This document shows, in pieces, positions 12,466 through 26,467 of a DNA stretch of 64,000 nt. Positions within the stretch are counted from its first letter, which is position 1. Every line of letters begins with the position of its first letter. The notes under the pieces were generated by a model. The model saw nothing but the letters and a program-made list of their open reading frames with translations, searched no databases and was not told the DNA's origin. The position numbers were made by a program, and so were the translations under genes. The DNA is taken from the NCBI GenBank assembly GCA_964016885.1, contig OZ024743.1:143592001-143656000 (forward strand), written 5' to 3'. The stretch is from Eledone cirrhosa (Eukaryota).

Positions 12466-12615
12466 CTATTAAATATATATATATATACACAGTATATATA
12501 TATATGAATATGTATATATATGTATATATATGTGTGTGTGTACACGTGTATAAAGCACTCACCAAATAATCTTTGCATAGAATTTGCTCGATTATTCCAT
12601 TGCGCATTTTGTCAT

Positions 12616-12707
<92 letters not shown>

Positions 12708-12708
12708 C

Positions 12709-12752
<44 letters not shown>

Positions 12753-12821
12753 GTGTGTGTGTGTGTGTATATATATGTGTGTGTGTGTATATATATATGT
12801 GTGTGTGTGTATATATATATA

Positions 12822-12877
<56 letters not shown>

Positions 12878-12883
<6 letters not shown>

Positions 12884-12990
12884 GAGAAGAAAGAATACTG
12901 CGTGGTTGCACATGGGTTACATATGATAAAAATAGTCCTTCGTCAGTGATTTTCCAACCTTCATTCGTATTTCATCGCTTTAAAAATCAT
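12878..12990. repeat. Left arm of an about 115-bp inverted repeat (partner 17406-17520)
   Basis: Reverse complement ATGATTTTTAAAGCGATGAAATACGAATGAAGGTTGGAAAATCACTGACGAAGGACTA... matches 17406 onward with scattered mismatches. Confidence 0.85.
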
Positions 12991-13299
12991 ATACCTCCAG
13001 TTGGTGCGAGCAATAGCTAAATAAAGCTATTGGGACAAGTAAATCGCGTAAAGCGAGTGAGACAAGTAAACAACATAGAAGGATGAAAGCAACGCAAAGA
13101 TAGGAAAAAACAAGCAACATGGTTATCCGGTCAGCATAAGCTGGGTGGATTTCATGAGCGAGCGTAATACAGACCATCCGACGTGAGTGAGATGTGAGCA
13201 AGAAGAGAACCCACTACTAGCCAAACGGGAGGAAGTGAGATATGTGTGTGTGTAATATAATCCTTCTAGTATTATTATTAATTAATTATTCTAGAACCT

Positions 13300-16200
13300 T
13301 CCTGCATCTCGCTCCCTAACTTTGTAATCACTTTGCTGTCCCTCTTATACCCCCCCCCCTCGCCTGATCGCAGGTATAAAATACATCTTGCTGTTTCCCA
13401 AGGACAGAATTTATCTATCTAAATTATCTTACGGACGACCTGTTGATTTTGAGAATGTAAGCATTTGTCTTCCATATTCCGTAGTCTTCCCAATGAGCAG
13501 TGTTTTTTAAACTCCGAGATATGCTAGTCTACAATTCAAATTCCCCCGTTTGTTTCTCTCGGATTTTCAATTAATATTTACGTTTTCTTTAAATGATTTG
13601 TCTCATTCTGTTGGACCCTTCCTAAATCAAATCCTTCTCCTAAAGTTACCCATTTCCCGCCCCCCACCCCACACACCACCATTGCTAATGGTCCAATCAT
13701 AACCCAGTGGCTTTAGTAAGTTCCCTAATAAACCAGTATAGCAAAGCTACCGCCCCGGTTACTACTCCTTAAGTTTAGACCGCTGACTGCGGAGATTTGG
13801 AAAGTCTAAGCATTCAATGTCGATGTCACAGATAAAGATAAATTCACCTCCTGCTGCAGGACGAGAATACAAAGATCCCTCGCTATTTCAGACCAACATA
13901 ATTCCGTCTCCCACACCCCTCCCTGCCCCTCTAACCCATCCATCCCACCCTCCCAACTTCAGAGTTGGTACTATGAACGTAGGCACATTAAAAGGTCGCT
14001 CAAATGAGGTTGTAGAGATGCTTGAACGTAAAGAAGTTGATGTTTGTTGTATTCAAGAGACTAGGTGGAGAGGGGGTCTGCCAGATTCATCGTGGGTAAA
14101 AAACGATGCTATAAACTTTTCTGGGTGGGGAATGACAACGGACTGGGTGGAGTAGGAATTATGTTAGCTGAAAAATGGGTAGATAAGGTAATTGACGTAA
14201 ATAGATTAAATGACAGAATAATGAAAATAAGGCTAGTTCTAAATAAAACTACTGTGACAATAATATTCGCTTATGCACCCCAATCTGGTCTACTTGACGT
14301 TATAAAGGACAGGTTCTATGAGATGCTAATGCACACTACCTCCCAAATAATAGACAGCGACTACCTAATTATTGCTGGCGATCTAAACGGCCACGTTGGA
14401 CAACATAGTGATGGCTATGATGGAATCCATGGAGGCTATGGGGTTGGAAATAGAAATGAAGAAGGCTTCAGAATCCTGGAATTCTGTGACGCCAATAACC
14501 TATCTGTAACACAAACTTCAAAAAACGTGAAAACCACTTGATCACCTATAGATCAGGGGAACACGCCAGCCTTACTAGAAGACGGGACAAAGTGTTTGTT
14601 GTAAACACTAAATCCCTCCCCGTGAAGAATGCACCTCCCAACATAGCCTAGTAGTTAGTGACCTCACAGTCAGGAATAGACGTACTCGACGACAGAGGAG
14701 GCCTACTTGAGGAGAAGAATATGGAAGTTGAAGGACCCCATAGCCAGCGACAAATTTAAAAGCTTATTACTTGATGCCTTTGACAATAAGGAAGAGAAAT
14801 TAGAGATGTGCAATATAGAGGAACAGTGGCAATTCTTGAAAATGAACCTGCTGAAAGCAACGGATGAAATCTGTGGCTGGAGCAGACCTATTGGCAGGAG
14901 GAGAGTAACTTGGTGGTGGAACAGTAAGGTAGAAGAGACAATCAAGACCAAAAAGCAGGCTTGGAAAGTATGGCAGAATGGGGGAAGTAGAGAGCACTAT
15001 CAAGTGGCCAGGAGAAAAGCTAGGAGACAAGTGTACCTTGCAAAAAGGGAAGCAGAGGAAAGAAAGTTCAAGCATGTTCTACATCGTGAGGACCAAAAAC
15101 GCGAGGTGTTCAGGATTGCTAGACATTGTGTCAAGGAAAACCGTGATATTGTCGGGGAGAAGTGTGCCCGTAATGATAACGGTGTACTTTCCCTCACTGA
15201 TGCTGATAAGAAGATAGCCTGGAAGTGCCACTACGAGAGACTATTAAATGAGGAGAATAAGTAGGAAAAAGATAGTCTGCCCCAAATCGATCCAATAGAA
15301 GGACCAGCGGTGCAAGTTAAAGGTAGTATAATAAGTAAGGCAATCAAAGATATGAAGACAGACAAGGCAGCTGGGCCTTCGGAGATAGTTGCTGAGATGT
15401 TGAAGGCATCTGGAATGGTGGGACATACTATGGTCACCCGTATAGTTAACCAAGTAATACAGAATGGGGTCATACCAAATAACTGGCGTAGCAGCAGCAT
15501 CATTAACTGCTACAAGGGTAAAGGAGATGCTCTAGATAGAGGAAACTATAGAGGCATTAAGTTAGTTGACCAGGTCATGAAGGTCACAGAAAGAGTTATA
15601 GCGCAACTAATCAGAGAGCGAATTGATCTAGATGAAATGCAGTTAGGGTTTGTGTCAGATAAAAGTACCACAGATGCTCTTTTCCTTGTACGACAACTAC
15701 AAGATAAGTATCTAGCTAAAAGTAAACCCCTCTACTTAGCTTTTGTAGACCTGGAAAAAGCCTTTGACAGAGTCCCCCGCTCCATTATCTGGCGGGCTCT
15801 TATAAATCTAGGTGTAGATGAATGGCTTGTGAGAGCTATACAAGCTATGTATAATGAAACAGTCAGTAAGGCTAGAATTAACAATGAATATTGTGAAGAA
15901 TTTAGTGTAAAAGTTGGTGTTCACCAAGGCTCTGTCCTTAGCCCCCTCCTATTTATTATTGCCCTTCAGGCTATAACAGAGGAGTTCAAGACCGGCTGCC
16001 CATGGGAACTCCTATACGCAGATGATCTAACACTCATAGCTGAATCAATGGCTGAACTAGAAAAAAAATTCCAAACATGGAAGCATGGCCTAGAATCAAA
16101 AGGCCTTAAAGTTAACTTGTCTAAGACTAAAGTCCTAGTTTGTAGAAAGGAAAATAAGGCACAGGTACCCTCAGGGAAATGGCCTTGCTCAGTGTGTAGG

Positions 16201-17354
16201 AAAGGGGTAGGCAGATATTCCATTTTATGTCCCAAATGTAAAGTATGGGTACATAAAAGATGTAGTGGGATCACAGGTAAACTATCTAAGAACGTAGACT
16301 TTATATGTGGCCGATGCTCAGGTGCAATAGGTAGCAAGTGTCCACAGGATACTAGCCCCTTCTATTGCCCAGATGGTTCTATAGAAATAGTAGACACTTT
16401 TCGTTACCTGGGTGACGAAATCAGCAGTGGTGGAGGGTGTTCGGAAAGTACAGTAGCCAGAGTCAGAACGGGATGGAAAAAGTTCAGAGAGCTTATACCG
16501 CTGTTGGCCACAAAAGGTTTCTCTCTAAAAATGAAAAGCAGATTGTATGATGCTTGTATACGAACAGCAATGCTACATGGCAGTGAGACATGGGCATTGT
16601 GTGCAGAGGACCTGCGCAAACTGGAAAGCAACGAAGCATGCATGCTCCGTTGGATGTGTAACGGCAAAGCATAAATGAACTAAGTGAGAAATTAGGAATA
16701 AGAGGGATCAGATGCTGTTTACTGGAGAGAAGACTACGTTGGTATGGCCACGTGATGCATATGAAAGACGACAGTTGTATAAAAAAAGTGCAAGGCGATC
16801 AAAATTGATGGTAGTTACGGAGTAGGTAGACCCAAAAAAATCTGGGACGATCTGATAAATTCCGACCTTACACACTTGCACCTCTCTAAGACAATGTCAC
16901 TGGACAGAGATCTTTGGCGTTACGCAGTAATACAGAAGACCCGCCTTGCCTATGTACAAAGCGAAAGCTGAAGTCAGTAGGCACCTCTTAACCAAATATA
17001 CACCCTACCTATCCTCCCACTCCCACCAACCTCTCTCTATAAAGTTGGTACCACAACATCCAGTCCAAATAAATGAGATACATGAGATCGAGATCGTGTA
17101 GGTGTCACGAGAAAAAACGCACAGTCCACACTGTAATGTGGTCGTGTAGGTTACACGGTAAAAAGTTCCCAGTTCCACACTGTAAATTTGGTTGGTGTTA
17201 GGAAGGGCATCCAGCCGTAGAAAACCTGCCAGATAGTCCTATATGAGCGAGACATGGTCACCCGACCAACCTTGCCTCAAGTGGGACAACTGCCGTCTAA
17301 CCCATGCTAGCGTGGAAAATGGACGTTAAACGAAGATGATGATGATGATGATGA
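13300..17354 (+). mobile_element. Near-full-length RTE-clade LINE (APE endonuclease, RT with PHD finger), inactivated; 5' boundary approximate
   Basis: APE motifs GTMNVGTL, CCIQETRW, AYAPQ, AGDLNGHVG; RT motifs NYRGIKL, AFVDLEKAFD, GVHQGSVLSPLLF, LLYADDL, FRYLG; C-terminal LRWYGHV, GRPKKIW; (GAT)n tail at 17335-17354; frameshifts near 14075, 14505 and 16670, stop at 15262. Confidence 0.9.
15310..16674 (+). pseudogene. RT-containing segment of the RTE ORF (454 aa)
   Basis: YADD catalytic motif and the surrounding non-LTR RT subdomains; upstream stop and downstream frameshift. Confidence 0.9.
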
Positions 17355-17355
17355 T

Positions 17356-17405
<50 letters not shown>

Positions 17406-17408
<3 letters not shown>

Positions 17409-17514
17409 ATTTTTAATGCGATGAAATACGAATGATGGTTGGCAAATCACTGATGAGGGACTAATTTTATAATATGTAATCCATGTGCAACCATGCAATA
17501 TTCTTTTCCCCTTG

Positions 17515-17520
<6 letters not shown>
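17406..17520. repeat. Right arm of the about 115-bp inverted repeat (partner 12878-12990)
   Basis: Direct reverse-complement match to 12878-12990; flanked by (TA)n. Confidence 0.85.
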
Positions 17521-17598
<78 letters not shown>

Positions 17599-18059
17599 TA
17601 ACATCTACTCTCACACATAGTCTACACACACCAATACAATACATGTATATTCTCAAGATTTATGCGACAGAGTAATATAATTTGAGATATGCGGGGTGGT
17701 TGCTTTAACACACGCACACATATACACTCATTCACACTTACACGCACATACGTACTATATGTAATATTTTTATGATTCTTTCTTTTACTGCTGTATCACA
17801 CATATACAGATAAATATTCGACAAGAAATACTCTCTGTCTCCCTCTCACACACACACATATATATATAGCAATGTAATAATATCAAATTTACATTAATTT
17901 TATAGGGGAACACGAATGATTATACACACAGAATCAATAAATACACACAGAATCATACGAAAAGATGTGCAAGGAGAAGTCTTGTACTCACAGACGCTTA
18001 ACGCCGATAAAAAAGAATGGAACTAGGTAACTGGGGACAAGCACCAGTCTGGTGAGACT

Positions 18060-18630
18060 TCCATTTTTTAACTTTTAACGCTCCATGCACATACACATAT
18101 CACTTGCACTCATGGATGACTTGTTAGAATGTACTATACTTTGGCTAATGGTTTTAGATGACCAAGTAGGTTGGCGCAGGCAAAAGCATCCTCTCAGCCC
18201 TCCCATCCTTGACCAGAATGTGACACCTTGGGGGTAGAAAGGGCTGTACCAGTGCTGAGACCCGAACCTACTAGTGATATGCAGGGACACAAACCACCCG
18301 TCCACCAGAATACATTCTGCAATGCTAAAAGTCAACATGGTGAGAGATCAGAAGCTACAGTGTTTGGCAATCGTATGGAGACAATGTCAGATTTCAGAGG
18401 ATTCTTCCAGTTTGACTGAGCATGTGACAATCTCTCTAGTGCTGGTGACAAGAAATACCCCAAGTACACACTGTAAGGTGGTTAGTGTTTGGAAGGGGAT
18501 CCAACCGTAGAAACCATGGCAAATATGGAACGTATTAGCAAGATGTAGCTGCTCCAACCCACATGGCCACGTACTGTAACAACCTGTCCAACACATGCCG
18601 GCGTGGAAAGTAGATTTAAAACGATGATGA
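18060..18630 (+). mobile_element. Degenerate RTE-type 3' UTR and tail
   Basis: 18465-18630 is homologous to the RTE 3' tail at 17175-17345 (CACACTGTAA..GGAAGGG.ATCCA.CCGTAGAAA..CATGC..GCGTGGAAA..(GAT)n). Confidence 0.6.
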
Positions 18631-18689
18631 TAAGACAAAGCTGACACTAAAACAGTTAATTCTGCTAATTTTATCCTCTGTTCTTACGC

Positions 18690-18960
18690 CTACTTCTTTC
18701 TGGGAGGACAGAGTCTTCAGGCATGCCTTCCAGAGGGTCCTATCGAAAGCAACTGTCGCCAAATTATCCGGCTGGATCCCCAAATCAGACAGACAAACCG
18801 CCTTGTTCGCGATCTACTTTTAGGCCTCCCACCAATTACGTTGCCCATAAAATCTGCCCTGAGAGTCTTTCCTTAGATATTAGAAAATAAAATTTACTCT
18901 CACCTTACACGTATTGGGTGGTCCTACAGCTAATGTTAGAATGCTTTAAGTACATTGGCA
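18690..18960 (-). mobile_element. Degenerate 3' end of an RTE (Expander/Rex3-like) LINE
   Basis: Minus-strand translation GRPKSRSRTR...LGIQPDNLATVAFDRTLWKACLKTL. Confidence 0.45.
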
Positions 18961-18987
18961 TTTTAAACACCTACACTAATATATATT

Positions 18988-19139
18988 CTAGGGCGGGTAA
19001 AATTCCCGAGATCCATGGACGAGTTCTCTCCAGCGGTCTCTGTCCCTCATTATCGCTGCCATGTCCTGCGTCTCCAACAGACCAGTGTCTGTCCTTAGGG
19101 CATCAACATACGTTAACCTTGGTCTTCCTCTTCCATGGA

Positions 19140-19140
<1 letters not shown>
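18988..19140 (-). mobile_element. Short 3' end of an RTE-group LINE (same family as 12035-12170)
   Basis: HGRGRPRLTYVDALRTDTGLLETQDMAAIMRDRDRWRELVHGSREFYPP*; TA runs on both sides. Confidence 0.65.
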
Positions 19141-19200
<60 letters not shown>

Positions 19201-19870
19201 CCATACACACACAAACACGAGGATCGGCTGAAAATTTCGTAGACTGACTATGAAGGTGTGATGCTAGAACTATGACATCGTGTATGCATTAATTTCAACT
19301 CTTCTTATTAATAACTACATTGTTTCTTTTCAGAGACTATTTTGAAAAATAAACCTCATTTGGTCATTCTATGAAAGTATCTTGAATTTTCCAGCCGACC
19401 TTCACATCTCTCCCTTCCTCTGTGTGTGTGTGTGTGTGTGTGTGGATACGCATATACGACGTTTTCTGGAATATTTCAAGTATGTTATTAAAAATATCCA
19501 TCAATGGGTTATTTTCATTACTCGTAGTAGAAGTGCAAAGGCCAACATAAGACTCCCATATTAGTTTAAGCAGTAGCTTCCCCTGTCCCGTCGTCAGGCT
19601 TTGGTCCCCGCGGAGAGGGACTTCAGAACATTCTGTGGGAGGACTTTTTCACACCATTGATTAAATGAAGTGGGGCGGTGACACTTATTGCCTTTATCAC
19701 CCTGGCGAAGACTTCGGCTTCTCTGTACTTATAGTTAGGAGCGCAAGGTTAAGATGTATGTCTTTTTGGCAGGGACATAGAGTTGTAATTATTATGGAAT
19801 ATAAAATATTCGATCCACCATTTGACGGTAACCGGACAGGCAATGAAACAATTGAAGCCAGCTGTGAGTT

Positions 19871-20143
19871 TTCTATACATACAAACGAGACATATCAATA
19901 TATATATATATATTGGATCGTCAAGTATGAAATTTGTAGAAAATCAGTGTGTATGCATATATTCTATACATACAAACGAGACATATCAATATATATATAT
20001 ATATTGGATCGTCAAGTATGAAATTTGTAGAAAATCAGTGTGTATGCATATATTCTATACATACAAACGAGACATATCAATATATATATATATATTGGAT
20101 CGTCAAGTATGAAATTTGTAGAAAATCAGTGTGTATGCATATA
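19871..20143. repeat. 91-bp tandem repeat, 3 copies
   Basis: TTCTATACATACAAACGAGACATATCAA(TA)nTTGGATCGTCAAGTATGAAATTTGTAGAAAATCAGTGTGTATGCATA starting near 19871, 19962 and 20053. Confidence 0.95.
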
Positions 20144-20148
20144 TTTAG

Positions 20149-20190
<42 letters not shown>

Positions 20191-20285
20191 TGTGTGTGTA
20201 CATGTATATGTATCTGTGTATGTATCTATATGTGTACGTGTTTTGTGTGTGTAACGAGACAGAATTATCATCTGTATTTAACCTC

Positions 20286-20322
<37 letters not shown>

Positions 20323-20547
20323 TCTCATTTAAAAATTACAATGCTATTTATCTTGCGAACACACACACACACGCGCGCGCGCGCGCACACTCATATATGT
20401 ATGTGTGTGTGTGCGCGCGCGTATAAGAAAATATGAATAGTTTTTGAACACCCGTGATTCTGATTGATGATGAGTCTATTAAATTCCGTCAATGTTATCG
20501 ATCAATGCATTGTTGGTACATCATATTAGATTTGTCTTTAGAAATCT

Positions 20548-20573
20548 TATATATATATAATATATATATGTAC

Positions 20574-20635
<62 letters not shown>

Positions 20636-20795
20636 CGTTATATATATATATATATATACACCGTTATATATATATATATATATACACCGTTATATATATA
20701 TATATATATACACCGTTATATATATATATATATATACACCGTTATATATATATATATATATACACCGTTATATATATATATATATATATACACCG

Positions 20796-20835
<40 letters not shown>

Positions 20836-20955
20836 CGTTATTTATATATATATATATATATACACCGTTATATATATATATATACAATATATATATATAT
20901 ACACACCGTTATATATATATACAATATATATATACACACCGTTATATATATATAT

Positions 20956-20990
<35 letters not shown>

Positions 20991-21008
20991 CGGTGTGTAT
21001 ATATATAT

Positions 21009-21052
<44 letters not shown>

Positions 21053-21184
21053 GGTGTATATATATATATATATTGTATATATATATATGTATGCATAGAT
21101 ATGTGTATACATATATATATATATATATATATAGTGTGTGTGTGTACATGTATATGTATCTGTGTATGTATCTATATGTGTACG

Positions 21185-21228
<44 letters not shown>

Positions 21229-21230
21229 CG

Positions 21231-21270
<40 letters not shown>
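20548..21270. repeat. (TA)n array punctuated by CACCGT, then by its inverse ACGGTG
   Basis: Seen directly. Confidence 0.9.
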
Positions 21271-21273
<3 letters not shown>

Positions 21274-21369
21274 AAGGAACGATCGACTTTCGTCAAATCG
21301 GACCGAGGGAACAATGTTTCCGTTGGTCTTTCCAATTGCTAATACTATCTATCGGTCGCAACTCCAGGT

Positions 21370-21488
21370 AGAAGGAGCCACGTGAAATAAAGTGTCTTGC
21401 TCAAGGACATAACGCATCGCCTGGTCCAGGAATCGAACTCACAACCTTACGATTGCGAATCCAATTCTCTAACCACTCCGCCACACGC

Positions 21489-21490
<2 letters not shown>
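21370..21490 (-). mobile_element. tRNA-derived SINE head (family C, CORE-like)
   Basis: Minus strand GCGTGTGGCGGAGTGGTTAGAG...GTGAGTTCGATTCC...TGTCCTTGAGCAAGACACTTTATTTCAC; homologues near 27930, 32700-32875, 33600 and 59055. Confidence 0.65.
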
Positions 21491-21536
<46 letters not shown>

Positions 21537-21570
21537 AATATATATATATGTGTGTGTGTATATATAAAAA

Positions 21571-22545
<975 letters not shown>

Positions 22546-24614
22546 ATGGTTCTTTCTCTCTCTATATATATACATATATCTTCTACTTTTGACTTAATAT
22601 TGCTCTGGATAATATCTATTGAACTAATCTATTGAGCAGCACATAATTCTAATAGTGGAGAAAAGTAATACTGCAATGTTCTGATATCCTCATTCTAATG
22701 ATTTCGCCATATCCATCTTTGTAGAGAATTTTCTTGTACGGCTAAATGTTCATAATTTATATACATAAACATACGGAATAATCAAACTTGTGAATTGATT
22801 GTTAATAGAAATGTTTGTTTGCGAAGTTTGCATGAAATTGGTCATACAATAATATAAACCATGAAAGATATAGTATTACAAATTAAGAAACAATGCGTGT
22901 GTGTTCACCAAACTACTGGTGTGGTTTTATTATAGTTGATAACCGTTACCAAGCATCAAGTGTGTGTAGGAGTCTATCAAATTTATCAAATTTAAATAAC
23001 ATACATTTCGGAAATATTTACAGCTACTTATCTTTCGAGTATATACACACACATATAATATATAAGGTTTTGGGTTCAAATACCACTGAATTCGACTTTG
23101 CTTTCATCATCTGACAATCGGCTGCATACTTGCTCTAAAAATGTTGCCCTTCAACAGAGTTAAATGAATCGTTATTGAATAATATATAAACGCCCTCCAT
23201 TTACTTTAGTCTAGGTTATCACGAGAAGGGAATTTTAACATATTTGATGCTATTTCATTGATTTTCGATTTAATTTGACTAATCTTACATCTCCATCACT
23301 CCGTTTGGAGTTCCTAAATACATTTGGTATGTTTATTTTAAATTATGAACTTATTCAAAATGAAGACAAAATGGCAGTTAGCGAAGAAAATACCGATACA
23401 GTTGTCAGCAGCTAAACTGTAACAAGTGTTGTTAACGATTGAATATAACCTCAAACATTTCAAGATTCTAGGGATAAATGTTTCCCAAAGTGGATTACGA
23501 GAAATATTTTTGGGGTTCCACAAGATAAGGAGTAGTTTAATAAAAATAAAAAAAAATTTTTTTTATATAAATAAATAAATTCTTTCTAATTATTGTTTCC
23601 TTTAGTGCCATATTAAAATTAGGGTGGTGGGGATTGTCCATGAACACGAGTTCCGTGATAAAATGAGTTTGGGACCCATTGCCATTGATAATCGGGGTCG
23701 CTAAAATCCATTCGAATAAAAAAAGTTTTTTTTTTCTTTTAGTGCACACTATTTTACAAAAATGATTACAGTTTATTAGAATTATTAATTTGTTAGTGAA
23801 ATAAAACCTCGAAATTTGAATTACTTTGGATAACGTTATTTCTTACTTCAAATGGAAAACATGAATGGAAATCGGAGGCCAAATATGAATAAAACATGTT
23901 ATCAAAATATTGGCACCCACAATCAGATTGCTAAAAATACTTTCCTTTTTGCCCAAATAGCAGAAATAATAAAATGTGGTGGGTGGATAAGTTTTAACTC
24001 ACCGCACAAGAATGTGTGTTCAGATTCCTACTGCTAATATGTTAGTATACCAGTATTAAGCGGTTGGTGACAGGAATGAAGGATAAAGAAATAAGGTGAG
24101 AATGTAAAAAGATAGGGAAACTCACGCAAGCTGGAGAGATAGGGCGATAAGTGTTGATAAAAATGGGAGTTTAACCAATGAAAATAAAATATATAATAAA
24201 TTCAATTTTATGTGCAATTATATTATAAAATCTTGATAAGTAAATATTTTTATTCGTGACTTAGTTTAACAATTCTAAAATTAATTAGAATTGTATGATT
24301 TTTATGTACTTCTCTTAAAATAAACATGTCTTCGTGTCTCCAAATTGTTTTCCGTCAGATCAAATGAATTCAAAAAGGAATTTGAAAAATAGGTTTTAAA
24401 ATTATGGAGTAACTATGGAAATATATAAAGTAAGATTTCGTTTTGTTAATTTTTAAAGTGACTTACAGTAAAATTCCAATAAGTTCACGTAATATTCAGA
24501 GCAAAGTTTTAGGGAAAAACAAAACAAACAAATTAGCATGACAGACATGACTCAGATTTATTTGAGTCATCAGTAAAAACAAAGTAATATGGCCTTTTGT
24601 GGTGGAGACTGGGG

Positions 24615-24760
24615 CAAATTGGTGCCTGCAGAAATCCAATTGGCTTAGACGCTGTGACGTAATCAAAAAATAACGGTTTCTTATTGGATGATTCTCGTTC
24701 CAATCGAGAGCGATCGTTCGGTTTAAATAGTTAGACAATATATGAGTTCATTTCTCACTC
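24615..24760 (+). promoter_or_regulatory. Candidate RNA Pol II promoter
   Basis: ATTGG/CCAAT boxes at 24618, 24636-43, 24683 and 24700; CRE-like TGACGTAA 24655-62; TATA-like TTTAAATA 24722-29; Inr-like TCATTTC about 28 nt downstream; lies in a repeat-free island. Confidence 0.5.
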
Positions 24761-25169
24761 ATCATTCCAGTTCCAGGTTCCAGTCAGCTCGTTCCATACA
24801 AGATGTCTTCAGATATGTTATGATGAAATGTTCCGATCTGAACGTCTCCAGTGGAAAGAAAATACAGACATATATTCCGAAACGAAGATATATAGAAATC
24901 AGTTAGTCATATTTATTGTCTATAAGTTTTTTCTCCTAACATTTATAGAAGGTATTTCTAATTTTTGTTTTTCATCATTTAGTTGAATATTTCTTACAAA
25001 TTTTATCATAGTCTTGACTGCAAATTCTTGCGAAGCTTAGAAGTTTTAGATAACCTTTCCCTGTTAATATATATATATATATATATATACCAGGTAGTAC
25101 TTTCACCTAATTATTCCCTGATACCAGAATTACTCTCCAGAAATTTCTTCTAGACCTTCAAACACAACA

Positions 25170-25201
25170 ATGGCGCAGAAGTACTCTTCAAGACAACTGA
25201 A
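25170..25201 (+). CDS. Candidate first coding exon MAQKYSSRQL(K), gene unidentified
   Basis: Strong Kozak context ACAACA-ATG-G, consensus donor GTAAGT at 25202, acceptor TTTCTTCTAG at 25153; downstream of the candidate promoter. Confidence 0.4.
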
Positions 25202-26262
25202 GTAAGTAGGTTGATATAATTATTAAACATGGAAGAAATACTTCATTTTTTCTTCTGATTTGTATTCTAACAAAACATAACTGTATCTTTACACTATTAA
25301 TGTTATGAACTAGCTTTGATTTTCAAAATCTCATAAATATGTCTACCGCCATTTTCATTGAATAACATCCGAGCGAGATTTCTTTGAAAAATCTTTTTAA
25401 ATATGACCAAGAATTTCCGAAAAGAAAAAAGTCTAATGAAAAATGTTTAGAGAAATGAATTTTTGTCGTATTTCACCTTTCAATTAGCACCAGAAGAGTA
25501 TTTTCAAATAATTATGATTCAGTATACAAAGAAATGGTGATTATACTGACTACATTTGTGGAAATTTGATCTAAAATATACTATTACCATCATTTTACTA
25601 TCAAATCAATCGATGATTGCTTCTGATAACTATTCAGCGGTTCGGAAAAATTTAAATAACCTAATCTTTCTTCTTAGTGTTTCGTTATAAAACTAGGTTC
25701 TCTATGCAAACCACGGTATTGATAATATATCAAGATTTTACCCCCGTTGTATTACTGTAATGTTTTAAATGACAACTTCTTTTTTTACTTCTTTTAATCC
25801 CATTTAAATATAACTTTAAAATTCGGTCCTTTTACTTTATCAAAAACCTTGTATGATACATTTTTAAAGATCATTTCTCAATTTTCTCTGAAGTTTACTA
25901 GTTGCCTTAAATACAATTTTCTTCACAGCTTTACATTTTATTTCATGATGCTATGGCATACTTCAACATATCTTTCTTCACATGTATTACTTGTCATTCT
26001 TTTCTTTGTTTATCTTACACTTTCTCCAACCTACAGTCAAAAGTCCTACCCATCAAACACACCATCCTTAAAATACTTTTATTTAGTCACTTAAATACCC
26101 ATTCACCTCTGTCTGTCTTTTTCATTTACTGCTTTATTTTTTCTCCATTCTCAATCGCTTTACCTCCCACGCACATATTACCACACCAGTTGTACTTCCT
26201 AAACTATTTCCCATCACCCACGCAGCTTCCTTCATCGGCGGTCTTTTTCTTATTCACACCTA

Positions 26263-26467
<205 letters not shown>

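Larger units (their letters stand above)
10382..12617. repeat. Large inverted duplication (arms about 10382-10850 and 12199-12617) enclosing nested palindromes
   Basis: For example GGAATAATCGAGCAAATTCTA...GAGTGCTTTATACACGTGTAC near 10400 has its reverse complement near 12540-12600; 10654-10850 is the reverse complement of 12199-12395. Confidence 0.9.

Noticed and set aside
17444-17500. CTGATGAG as a possible hammerhead core (CTGACGA in the mirror arm near 12945)
   Set aside because: No GAAA, stem III or NUH follows a plausible stem II.
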